A stretch of 64,000 bases of DNA from Eledone cirrhosa (taxonomy: Eukaryota), in NCBI GenBank assembly GCA_964016885.1, contig OZ024742.1, forward strand, positions 162,688,001-162,752,000. The letters are read 5' to 3'. Shown piece by piece: positions 11,882-24,900 of the stretch. Made by a program: the position numbers and the translations under genes. The notes under the pieces are model-generated. The model did not search any database and had not been told where the DNA came from. It saw nothing but the letters and a program-made list of their open reading frames with translations. Within the stretch, counting starts at the first letter, position 1. Every line of letters starts with the position of its first letter.

Positions 11882-14800
11882 TGGCTGGCGGGAAATTATC
11901 TCCCCTTGGACGGCTGAAAATTATCTCCCCTTGGACGGCTGGAAATTATCTCCCCTTGATTTTTTTTACAAATTATCTCCCCCTGATTATTTTTTACAAA
12001 TTATCTTTCCCTGATTTTTTTTTACAAATTATCTCCCCCTGATTTTTTTTACAAATTATCTCCCCCTGATATTTTTACAAATTATCTCCCCTTGGCTGGC
12101 TGGAAATTATCTCCCCTTGGAGGCTGGAATTTATCTCCCCTTGGACGGCTGGAAATTATCTCTCCTTGGACGGCAAGTAATTACCTCTCCTTGGACGGCT
12201 GGAAAATATGTCTCGTTGGAGGGCTGGAAATTATCTCCCCTTGGACGGCTGGAAATTATCTCCCCTTGGACGGCTGGAAATTATCTCTCCTTGGACGGCT
12301 AGAAATTACCTCTCCTTGGACGGCTGAAAATTATCTCTCCTTGGACGGCTGGAAATTATCTCCCCTTGGACGGCTAGATATTACCTCCCCTTGGACGGCT
12401 GGAAATTATCTCCCCTTGATTTTTTTTACAAATTATCTCCCCCTGATTTTTTTTACAAATTATCTCCGCCTAATTTTTTTAAATATTATCTTCGCTTGGC
12501 TGGCGGGAAATTATCTCCCCTTGGACGGCTGAAAATTATCTCCCCTTGGACGGCTGGAAATTATCTCCCCTTGATTTATTTTACAAATTATCTCCCCCTG
12601 ATTTTTTTTTACAAATTATCTCCCCCTGATTTTTTTTTACAAATTATCTCCCCCTGATTTTTTTTTACAAATTATCTCGCCCTGATTTTTTTTACAAATT
12701 ATCTCCCCTTGGCTGGCTGGAAATTATCTCCCCTTGGAGGCTGGAATTTATCTCCCCTTGGACGGCTAGAAATTACCTCTCCTTGGACGGCTGGAAAATA
12801 TGTCCTTGGACGGCTGGATATTATCTACCCTTGGACGGCTGGAAATTATCTCCCCTTGGACGGCTGGAAATTATCTCCCCTTGGACGGCTAGATATTACC
12901 TCCCCTTGGACGGCTGGAAATTATCTCCCCTTGATTTTTTTTACAAATTATCTCCCCCTGATTTTTTTTTACAAATTATCTCCCCCTGATTTTTTTTTAC
13001 AAATTATCTACCCCTGATTTTTTTTTACAAATTATCTCCCCCTGATTTTTTTTACAAATTATCTCCCCCTGATTTTTTTTTACAAATTATCTCCCCCTGA
13101 TTTTTTTTTACAAATTATCTCCCCCTGATTTTTTTTTACAAATTATCTCCCCCTGATTTTTTTTTACAAATTATCTCCCCCTGATTTTTTTTACAAATTA
13201 TCTCCCCCTGATTTTTTTACAAATTATCTCCCCTTGGCTGGCTGGAAATTATCTCCCCTTGGAGGCTGGAATTTATCTCCCCTTGGACGGTTAGTAATTA
13301 CCTCTCCTTGGACGGCTGGAAAATATGTCTCCTTGGACGGCTGGAAATTATCGCCCCTTGGACGGCTGGAAATTATCTCCCCTTGACGGCTGGAAATTAT
13401 CTCTCCTCGGACGGCTAGAAATTACCTCTCCTTGGACAGCTGAAAATTATCTCCCCTTGGACGGCTGGAAATTATCTCCCCTTGGCTGGCTGGAAATTAT
13501 CTCCCCTTGGAGGCTGGAATTTATCTCCCGTTGGACGGCTAGAAATTACCTCGCCTTGGACGGCTGGAAAATATGTCTCCTTGGACGGCTGGAAATTATC
13601 TCCCCTTGGACGGCTGGAAATGATCTCCCCTTGGACGGCTGGAAATTATCTCCCCTTGGACGGCTAGATATTACCTCCCCTTGGACGGCTGGAAATTATC
13701 TCCCCTTGATTTTTTTTACAAATTATCTCCCCCTGATTTTTTTTTACAAATTATCTCCCCCTGATTTTTTTTACGAATTATCTCCCCCTGATTTTTTTTT
13801 ACAAATTATCTCCGCCTGATTTTTTTTTAAAAATTATCTCTCCTTGAACGGCTGGAAATTATCTCCCCTTGGACGGCTGGAAATTATCTCCCCTTGAAAG
13901 GCTAGAAATTACCTCTCCTTGGACGGCTGAAAATTATATCCCCTTGGACGGCTGCAAATTATCTCCCCTTGATTTTTTAACAAATTATCTCCCCCTGATT
14001 TTTTTTTACAAATTATCTCCCCCTGATTTTTTTTTACAAATTATCTCCCCCTGATTTTTTTTTACAAATTATCTCCCCCTGATTTTTTTACAAATTATCT
14101 CCCCCTGATTTTTTTTACAATCTCCGCCTGATTTTTTTAAAAATTATCTTCCCTTGGCTGGCGGGAAATTATCTCCCCTTGGACGGCTGGAAATTATATC
14201 CCCTTGGAAGGATGGAAATTATCTCCCCTTGGACGGCTGGAAATTATCTCCCCTTGGACGGCTGGAAATTATCTCCCCTTGGACAGCTGGAAATTATCTG
14301 CCCTTGATTTTGTTTTTACAAATTATCTCCCCCTGATTTTTTTTACAAATTATCTCCACCTGATTTTTTAAAAAATTATCTCCCCTTGGACGGCTGGAAA
14401 TTATCTCCCCTTGATTTTTTTACAAATTATCTCCCCCTGATTTTTTTACAAATTATCTCCCCCTGATTTTTTGTTACAAATTATCTCCCCCTGATTTTTT
14501 TACAAATTATCTCCCCCTGATTTTTTTTACAAATTATCTCCGCCTGATTTTTTTAAATATTATCTTCCCTTGGACGGCTGAAAATTATCTCCCCTTGGAC
14601 GGCTGGAAATTATCTCCCCTTGATTTTTTTTACAAATTATCTCCCCCTGATTTTTTTTTACAAATTATCTCCCCCTGATTTTTTTTTACAAATTATCTCC
14701 CCCTGATTTTTTTTTACAAATTATCTCCCCCTGATTTTTTTACAAATTATCTCCCCTTGGCTGGCTGGAAATTATCTCCCCTTGGAGGCTGGAATTTATC

Positions 14801-17800
14801 TCCCCTTGGACGGCTAGAAATTACCTCTCCTTGGACGGCTGGAAAATATGTCTCCTTGGACGGCTGGATATTATCTACCCTTGGACGGCTGGAAATTATC
14901 TCCCCTTGGACGGCTGGAAATTATCTCCCCTTGGACGGCTAGATATTACCTCCCCTTGGACGGCTGGAAATTATCTCCCCTTGATTTTTTTTACAAATTA
15001 TCTCCCCCTGATTTTTTTTTACGAATTATCTCCCCCTGATTTTTTTTTACAAATTATCTCCGCCTGATTTTTTTTTTAAAATTATCTCCCCTTGAACGGC
15101 TGGAAATTATCTCCCCTTGGACGGCTGGAAATTATCTCCCCTTGGACGGCTAGAAATTACCTCTCCTTGGACGGCTGAAAATTATCTCCCCTTGGACGGC
15201 TGCAAATTATCTCCCCTTGATTTTTTTAACATATTATCTCCCCCTGATTTTTTTTTACAAATTATCTCCCCCTGATTTTTTTTTACAAATTATCTACGCC
15301 TAATTTTTTTTACAAATTATCTCCCCCTGATTTTTTTTACAAATTATCTCCCCCTGATTTTTTTTTACAAATTATCTCCCCCTGATTTTTTTACAAATTA
15401 TCTCCCCCCTGATTTTTTTTACAATCTCCGCCTGATTTTTTTAAAAATTATCTTCCCTTGGCTGGCGGGAAATTATCTCCCCTTGGACGGCTGGAAATTA
15501 TATCCCCTTGGAAGGATGGAAATTATCTCCCCTTGGACGGCTGGAAATTATCTCCCCTTGGACGGCTGGAAATTATCGCCCCTTGGACAGCTGGAAATTA
15601 TCTGCCCTTGATTTTGTTTTTACAAATTATCTCCCCCTGATTTTTTTTACAAATTATCTCCACCTGATTTTTTAAAAAATTATCTCCCCTTGGACGGCTG
15701 GAAATTATCTCCCATTGATTTTTTTACAAATTATCTCCCCCTGATTTTTTTTACAAATTATCTCCCCCTGATTTTTTTTTTACAAATTATCTCCCCCTGA
15801 TTTTTTTACAAATTATCTCCCCCTGATTTTTTTTACAAATTATCTCCGCCTGATTTTTTAAAATATTATCTTCCCTTGGCTGGCGGGAAATTATCTCCCC
15901 TTGGACGGCTGAAAATTATCTCCCCTTGGACGGCTGGAAATTATCTCCCCTTGGACGGCTGGAAATTATCTCCCCTTGGACGGCTAGATATTACCTCCCC
16001 TTGGACGGCTGGAAATTATCTCCCCTTGATTTTTTTTACAAATTATCTCCCCCTGATTTTTTTTTACAAATTATCTCCCCCTGATTTTTTTTTACGAATT
16101 ATCTCCCCCTGATTTTTTTTTACAAATTATCTCCCCTTGAACGGCTGGAAATTATCTCCCCTTGGACGGCTGGAAATTATCTCCCCTTGAAAGGCTAGAA
16201 ATTACCTCTCCTTGGACGGCTGAAAATTATCTCCCCTTGGACGGCTGCAAATTATCTCCCCTTGACTTTTTAACAAATTACCTCGCCTTGGACGGCTGGA
16301 AAATATGTCTCCTTGGACGGCTGGAAATTATCTCCCCTTGGACGGCTGGAAATTATCTCCCCTTGGACGGCTGGAAATTATCTCCCATTGGACGGCTAGA
16401 TATTACCTCCCCTTGGACGGCTGCAAATTATCTCCCCTTGATTTTTTTAACAAATTATCTCCCCCTGATTTTTTTTTACAAATTATCTCCCCCTGATTTT
16501 TTTTTACAAATTATCTACGCCTAATTTTTTTTACAAATTATCTCCCCCTGATTTTTTTTTACAAATTATCTCCCCCTGATTTTTTTTACAAATTATCTCC
16601 CCCTGATTTTTTTTTACAAATTATCTCCCCCTGATTTTTTTACAAATTATCTTCCCTTGGCTGGCGGGAAATTATCTCCCCTTGGACGGCTGGAAATTAT
16701 ATCCTTTTGGAAGGATGGAAATTATCTCCCCTTGGACGGCTGGAAATTATCTCCCCTTGGACGGCTGGAAATTATCTCCCCTTGGACAGCTGGAAATTAT
16801 CTGCCCTTGATTTTGTTTTTACAAATTATCTCCCCCTGATTTTTTTTACAAATTATCTCCACCTGATTTTTTAAAAAATTATCTTCCCTTGGACGGCTGG
16901 AAATTATCTCCCCTTGATTTTTTTACAAATTATCTCCCCCTGATTTTTTTTACAAATTATCTCCCCCTGATTTTTTTTTTACAAATTATCTCCCCCTGAT
17001 TTTTTTACAAATTATCTCCCCCTGATTTTTTTTACAAATTATCTCCGCCTGATTTTTTTAAATATTATCTTCCCTTGGCTGGCGGGAAATTATCTCCCCT
17101 TGGACGGCTGAAAATTATCTCCCCTTGGACGGCTGGAAATTATCTCCCCTTGATTTTTTTTACAAATTATCTCCCCCTGATTTTTTTTTACAAATTATCT
17201 CCCCCTGATTTTTTTTTACAAATTATCTGCCCCTGATTTTTTTTTACAAATTATCTGCCCCTGATTTTTTTACAAATTATCTCCCCTTGGCTGGCTGGAA
17301 ATTATCTCCCCTTGGAGGCTGGAATTTATCTGCCCTTGGACGGCTAGAAATTACCTCTCCTTGGAAGGCTGGAAAATATTTCTCCTTGGACGGCTGGATA
17401 TTATCTACCCTTGGACGGGTGGAAATTATCTCCCCTTGGACGGCTGGAAATTATCTCCCCTTGGACAGCTAGATATTACCTCCCCTTGGACGGCTGGAAA
17501 TTATCTCCCCTTGATTTTTTTTACAAATTATCTCCCCCTGATTTTTTTTACAAATTATCTCCACCTGATTGTTTTACAAATTATCTCCCCCTGATTTTTT
17601 TTACAAATTATCTCCCCCTGATTTTTTTACAAATTATCTCCCCTTGGCTGGCTGGAAATTATCTCCCCTTGGAGGCTGGAATTTATCTCCCCTTGGACGG
17701 CTGGAAATTATCTCCCCTTGATTTTTTTTACAAATTATCTACCCCTGATTTTTTTTACAAATTATCTCCCCCTGATTTTTTTTACAAATTATCTCCCCCT

Positions 17801-18989
17801 GATTTTTTTACAAATTATCTCCCCCTGATTTTTTTACAAATTATCTCCCCCTGATTTTTTTTTACAAATTATCTACGCCTAATTTTTTTTACAAATTATC
17901 TCCCCCTGATTTTTTTTTACAAGTTATCTCCCCCTGATTTTTTTTTACAAATTATCTCCCCCTGATTTTTTTTTACAAATTATCTCCCCCTGATTTTTTT
18001 ACAAATTATCTCCCCCCTGATTTTTATTACAATCTCCGCCTGATTTTTTAAAAAATTATCTTCCCTTGGCTGGCGGGAAATTATCTCCCCTTGGACGGCT
18101 GGAAATTATATCCCCTTGGAAGGATGGAAATTATCTCCCCTTGGACGGCTGGAAATTATCTCCCCTTGGACGGCTGGAAATTATCTCCCCTTGGACAGCT
18201 GGAAATTATCTGCCCTTGATTTTGTTTTTACAAATTATCTCCCCCTGATTTTTTTTACAAATTATCTCCACCTGATTTTTTAAAAAATTATCTCCCCTTG
18301 GACGGCTGGAAATTATCTCCCCTTGGCTGGAAATTATCTCCCCTTGGACGGCTAGAAATTATCTCTCTTTGGACGGCTGGAAATTATCTCCCTTTGATTT
18401 TTTTTACAAATTATCTCCCCCTGATTTTTTTTACAAATCTCCTCTTTAAAAAAAAATTATCTCCCCTTCGCTGGCTGGAAATTATCTCCCTTTGGACACT
18501 GGAAATTATAGCCCCTTGGAGGGCTGGAAATTATCTTCCCTTGGACGGCTGGAAATTATCTCTCCTTGATTTTTTTTACAAATTATCTCCCCCTGATTTT
18601 TTTTTACAAATTATCCCCCCCGATTTTTTTTACAAATTATCTCCCCCTGATTTTTTTTACAAATTATCTCCCCTTGGACGGCTGGAAATTATCTCCCCTT
18701 GGACGGCTGGAAATTATCTCCCCTTGGACGGCTAGAAATTACCTCTCATTGGACGGCTGAAAATTATCTCCCCTTGGACGGCTGGAAATTATCTCCCCTT
18801 GATTTTTTTTACAAATTATCTCCCCCTGATTTTTTTTTACAAATTATCTCCCCCTGATTTTTTTTTACAAATTATCTCCGCCTGATTTTTTTTTAAAATT
18901 ATCTCTCCTTGGACGGCTGGAAATTATCTCCCCTTGGCTCGAAATTATCTCCCCTTGGACGGCTAGAAATTATCTCTCTTTGGACGGCT

Positions 18990-21900
18990 GGAAATTATCT
19001 CCCTTTGATTTTTTTTACAAATTATCTCCCCCTGATTTTTTTTACAAATTATCTCCCCCTGATTTTTTTTTACAAATTATCTACCCCTGATTTTTTTTTA
19101 CAAATTTTCTCCCCCTGATTTTTTTTACAAATTATCTCCTGATTTTTTTTTTACAAATTATCTCCCCCTGATTTTTTTACAAATTATCTCCCCCTGATTT
19201 TTTTTACAAATTATCTCCGCCTGATTCTTTTAAATATTATCTTCCCTTGGCTGGCGGGAAATTATCTCCCCTTGGACGGCTGGAAATTATCTCCCCTTGA
19301 TTTTTTTTACAAATTATCTCCCCCTGATTTTTTTTTACAAATTATCTCCCCCTGATTTTTTTTTACAAATTATCTCCCCCTGATTTTTTTTTACAAATTA
19401 TCTCCCCCTGATTTTTTTTTACAAATTATCTCCCCCTGATTTTTTTTACAAATTATCTCCCCCTGATTTATTTACAAATTATCTCCCCTTGGCTGGCTGG
19501 AAATTATCTCCCCTTGGAGGCTGGAATTTATCTCCCCTTGGACGGCTAGAAATTACCTCTCCTTGGACGGCTGGAAAATATGTCCTTGGACGGCTGGATA
19601 TTATCTACCCTTGGACGGCTGGAAATTATCTCCCCTTGGACGGCTGGAAATTATCTCCCCTTGGACGGCTAGATATTACCTCCCCTTGGACGGCTGGAAA
19701 TTATCTCCCCTTGATTTTTTTTACAAATTATCTCCCCCTGATTTTTTTTTACAAATTATCTCCCCCTGATTTTTTTTTACAAATTATCTCCCCATGATTT
19801 TTTTTACAAATTATCTACCCCTGATTTTTTTTTACAAATTATCTCCCCCTGATTTTTTTACAAATTATCTCCCCCTGATTTTTTTTTACAAATTATCTCC
19901 CCCTGATTTTTTTTTACAAATTATCTACCCCTGATTTTTTTTACAAATTATCTCCCCCTGATTTTTTTTACAAATTATCTCCCCCTGATTTTGTTTACAA
20001 ATTATCTCCCCCTGATTTTTTTACAAATTATCTCCCCCTGATTTTTTTTACAAATTAACTCCGCCTAATTTTTTTAAATATTATCTTTCCTTGGCTGGCG
20101 GGAAATTATCTCCCCTTGGACGGCTGAAAATTATCTCCCCTTGGACGGCTGGAAATTATCTCCCCTTGATTTTTTTACAAATTATCTCCCCCTGATTATT
20201 TTTTACAAATTATCTCCCCCTGATTTTTTTTTACAAATTATCTCCCCCTGATTTTTTTTACAAATTATCTCCCCCTGATTTTTTTACAAATTATCTCCTC
20301 TTGGCTGGCTGGAAATTATCTCCCCTTGGAGGCTGGAATTTATCTCCCCTTGGACGGTTAGAAATTACCTCTCCTTGGACGGCTGGAAAATATGTCTCCT
20401 TGGACGGCTGGAAATTATCGCCCCTTGGACGGCTGGAAATTATCTCCCCTTGGACGGCTGGAAATTATCTCTCCTCGGACGGCTAGAAATCACCTCTCCT
20501 TGGACAGCTGAAAATTATCTCCCCTTGGACGGCTGGAAATTATCTCCCCTTGATTTTTTTTACAAATTATCTCCCCCTGATTTTTTTTTACAAATTATCT
20601 CCCCCTGATTTTTTTTTACAAATTATCTCCCCCTGATTTTTTTTTACAAATTATCTCCCCTTGGCTGGCTGGAAATTATCTCCCCTTGGAGGCTGGAATT
20701 TATCTCCCCTTGGACGGCTAGAAATTACCTCGCCTTGGACGGCTGGAAAATATGTCTCCTTGGACGGCTGGAAATTATCCCCCCTTGGACGGCTGGAAAT
20801 TATCTCCCCTTGGACGGCTGGAAATTATCTCCCCTTGGACGGCTAGATATTACCTCCCCTTGGACGGCTGGAAATTATCTCCCCTTGATTTTTTTTACAA
20901 ATTATCTCCCCCTGATTTTTTTTTACAAATTATCTCCCCCTGATTTTTTTTTACGAATTATCTCCCCCTGATTTTTTTTTACAAATTATCTCCGCCTGAT
21001 TTTTTTTAAAAATTATCTCCCCTTGAACGGCTGGAAATTATCTCCCCTTGGACGGCTGGAAATTATCTCCCCTTGATTTTTTAACAAATTATCTCCCCCT
21101 GATTTTTTTTTACAAATTATCTCCCCCTCATTTTTTTTTACAAATTATCTCCCCCTGATTTTTTTTACAATCTCCGCCTGATTTTTTTAAAAATTATCTT
21201 CCCTTGGCTGGCGGGAAATTATCTCCCCTTGGACGGCTGGAAATTATATCCCCTTGGAAGGATGGAAATTATCTCCCCTTGGACGGCTGGAAATTATCTC
21301 CCCTTGGACGGCTGGAAATTATCTCCCCTTGGACAGCTGGAAATTATCTGCCCTTGATTTTGTTTTTACAAATTATCTCCCCCTGATTTTTTTTACAAAT
21401 TATCTCCACCTGATTTTTTAAAAAATTATCTCCCCTTGGACGGCTGGAAATTATCTCCCCTTGATTTTTTTACAAATTATCTCCCCCTGATTTTTTTTAC
21501 AAATTATCTCCCCCTGATTTTTTGTTACAAATTATCTCCCCCTGATTTTTTTACAAATTATCTCCCCCTGATTTTTTTTACAAATTATCTCCCCCTGATT
21601 TTTTTACAAATTATCTCCCCCTGATTTTTTTTACAAATTATCTCCGCCTGATTTTTTTAAATATTATCTTCCCTTGGCTGGCGGGAAATTATCTCCCCTT
21701 GGACGGCTGAAAATTATCTCCCCTTGGACGGCTGGAAATTATCTCCCCTTGATTTTTTTTACAAATTATCTCCCCCTGATTTTTTTTTACAAATTATCTC
21801 CCCCTGATTTTTTTTTACAAATTATCTCCCCCTGATTTTTTTTTACAAATTATCTCCCCCTGATTTTTTTTACAAATTATCTCCCCCTGATTTTTTTACA

Positions 21901-24900
21901 AATTATCTCCCCTTGGCTGGCTGGAAATTATCTCCCCTTGGAGGCTGGAATTTATCTCCCCTTGGACGGCTAGAAATTACCCCTCCTTGGACGGCTGGAA
22001 AATATGTCCTTGGACGGCTGGATATTATCTACCCTTGGACGGCTGGAAATTATCTCCCCTTGGACGGCTGGAAATTATCTCCCCTTGGACGGCTAGATAT
22101 TACCTCCCCTTGGACGGCTGGAAATTATCTCCCCTTGATTTTTTTTACAAATTATCTCCCCCTGATTTTTTTTTACAAATTATCTCCCCCTGATTTTTTT
22201 TTACAAATTATCTACCCCTGATTTTTTTTTACAAATTATCTCCCCCTGATTTTTTTTACAAATTATCTCCCCCTGATTTTTTTTTACAAATTATCTCCCC
22301 CTGATTTTTTTTTACAAATTATCTACGCCTGATTTTTTTTACAAATTATCTCCCCCTGATTTTTTTTACAAATTATCTCCCCCTGATTTTATTTACAAAT
22401 TATCTCCCCCTGATTTTTTTACAAATTATCTCCCCCTGATTTTTTTTACAAATTATCTCCGCCTAATTTTTTTAAATATTATCTTCCCTTGGCTGGCGGG
22501 AAATTATCTTCCCTTGGACGGCTGAAAATTATCTCCCCTTGGACGGCTGGAAATTATCTCCCCTTGATTTTTTTACAAATTATCTCCCCCTGATTATTTT
22601 TTACAAATTATCTCCCCCTGATTCTTTTTTACAAATTATCTCCCCCTGATTTTTTTTACAAATTATCTCCCCCTGATTTTTTTACAAATTATCTCCCCTT
22701 GGCTGGCTGGAAATTATCTCCCCTTGGAGGCTGGAATTTATCTCCCCTTGGACGGTTAGAAATTACCTCTCCTTGGACAGCTGGAAAATATGTCTCCTTG
22801 GACGGCTGGAAATTATCGCCCCTTGGACGGCTGGAAATTATCTCCCCTTGACGGCTGGAAATTATCTCTCCTCGGACGGCTAGAAATTACCTCTCCTTGG
22901 ACAGCTGAAAATTATCTCCCCTTGGACGGCTGGAAATTATCTCCCCTTGATTTTTTTTACAAATTATCTCCCCCTGATTTTTTTTTACAAATTATCTCCC
23001 CCTGATTTTTTTTTACAAATTATCTCCCCCTGATTTTTTTTTACAAATTATCTCCCCTTGGCTGGCTGGAAATTATCTCCCCTTGGAGGCTGGAATTTAT
23101 CTCCCGTTGGACGGCTAGAAATTACCTCGCCTTGGACGGCTGGAAAATATGTCTCCTTGGACGGCTGGAAATTATCTCCCCTTGGACGGCTGGAAATTAT
23201 CTCCCCTTGGACGGCTGGAAATTATCTCCCCTTGGACGGCTAGATATTACCTCCCCTTGGACGGCTGGAAATTATCTCCCCTTGATTTTTTTTACAAATT
23301 ATCTCCCCCTGATTTTTTTTACAAATTATCTCCCCCTGATTTTTTTACAAATTATCTCCCCTTGGCTGGCTGGAAATTATCTCCCCTTGGAGGCTGGAAT
23401 TTATCTCCCCTTGGACGGTTAGAAATTACCTCTCCTTGGACAGCTGGAAAATATGTCTCCTTGGACGGCTGGAAATTATCGCCCCTTGGACGGCTGGAAA
23501 TTATCTCCCCTTGACGGCTGGAAATTATCTCTCCTCGGACGGCTAGAAATTACCTCTCCTTGGACAGCTGAAAATTATCTCCCCTTGGACGGCTGGAAAT
23601 TATCTCCCCTTGATTTTTTTTACAAATTATCTCCCCCTGATTTTTTTTTACAAATTATCTCCCCCTGATTTTTTTTTACAAATTATCTCCCCCTGATTTT
23701 TTTACAAATTATCTCCCCCTGATTTTTTTTACAATCTCCGCCTGATTTTTTTAAAAATTATCTTCCCTTGGCTGGCGGGAAATTATCTCCCCTTGGACGG
23801 CTGGAAATTATATCCCCTTGGAAGGATGGAAATTATCTCCCCTTGGACGGCTGGAAATTATCTCCCCTTGGACGGCTGGAAATTATCTCCCCTTGGACAG
23901 CTGGAAATTATCTGCCCTTGATTTTGTTTTTACAAATTATCTCCCCCTGATTTTTTTTACAAATTATCTCCACCTGATTTTTTAAAAAATTATCTCCCCT
24001 TGGACGGCTGGAAATTATCTCCCCTTGATTTTTTTTACAAATTATCTCCCCCTGATTTTTTTTTACAAATTATCTCCCCCTGATTTTTTTTTACAAATTA
24101 TCTCCCCCTGATTTTTTTTTACAAATTATCTCCCCCTGATTTTTTTACAAATTATCTCCCCTTGGCTGGCTGGAAATTATCTCCCCTTGGAGGCTGGAAT
24201 TTATCTCCCCTTGGACGGCTAGAAATTACCTCTCCTTGGACGGCTGGAAAATATGTCTCCTTGGACGGCTGGATATTATCTACCCTTGGACGGCTGGAAA
24301 TTATCTCCCCTTGGACGGCTGGAAATTATCTCCCCTTGGACGGCTAGATATTACCTCCCCTTGGACGGCTGGAAATTATCTCCCCTTGATTTTTTTTACA
24401 AATTATCTCCCCCTGATTTTTTTTTACGAATTATCTCCCCCTGATTTTTTTTTACAAATTATCTCCGCCTGATTTTTTTTTTAAAATTATCTCCCCTTGA
24501 ACGGCTGGAAATTATCTCCCCTTGGACGGCTGGAAATTATCTCCCCTTGGACGGCTAGAAATTACATCTCCTTGGACGGCTGAAAATTATCTCCCCTTGG
24601 ACGGCTGCAAATTATCTCCCCTTGATTTTTTTAACATATTATCTCGCCCTGATTTTTTTTTACAAATTATCTCCCCCTGATTTTTTTTTACAAATTATCT
24701 ACGCCTAATTTTTTTTACAAATTATCTCCCCCTGATTTTTTTTTTACAAATTATCTCCCCCTGATTTTTTTTACAAATTATCTCCCCCTGATTTTTTTTT
24801 ACAAATTATCTCCCCCTGATTTTTTTACAAATTATCTCCCCCCTGATTTTTTTTACAATCTCCGCCTGATTTTTTTAAAAATTATCTTCCCTTGGCTGGC

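Noticed and set aside
11639-11917. 92-aa ORF spanning the gap
   Set aside because: Artefact of translating through Ns.
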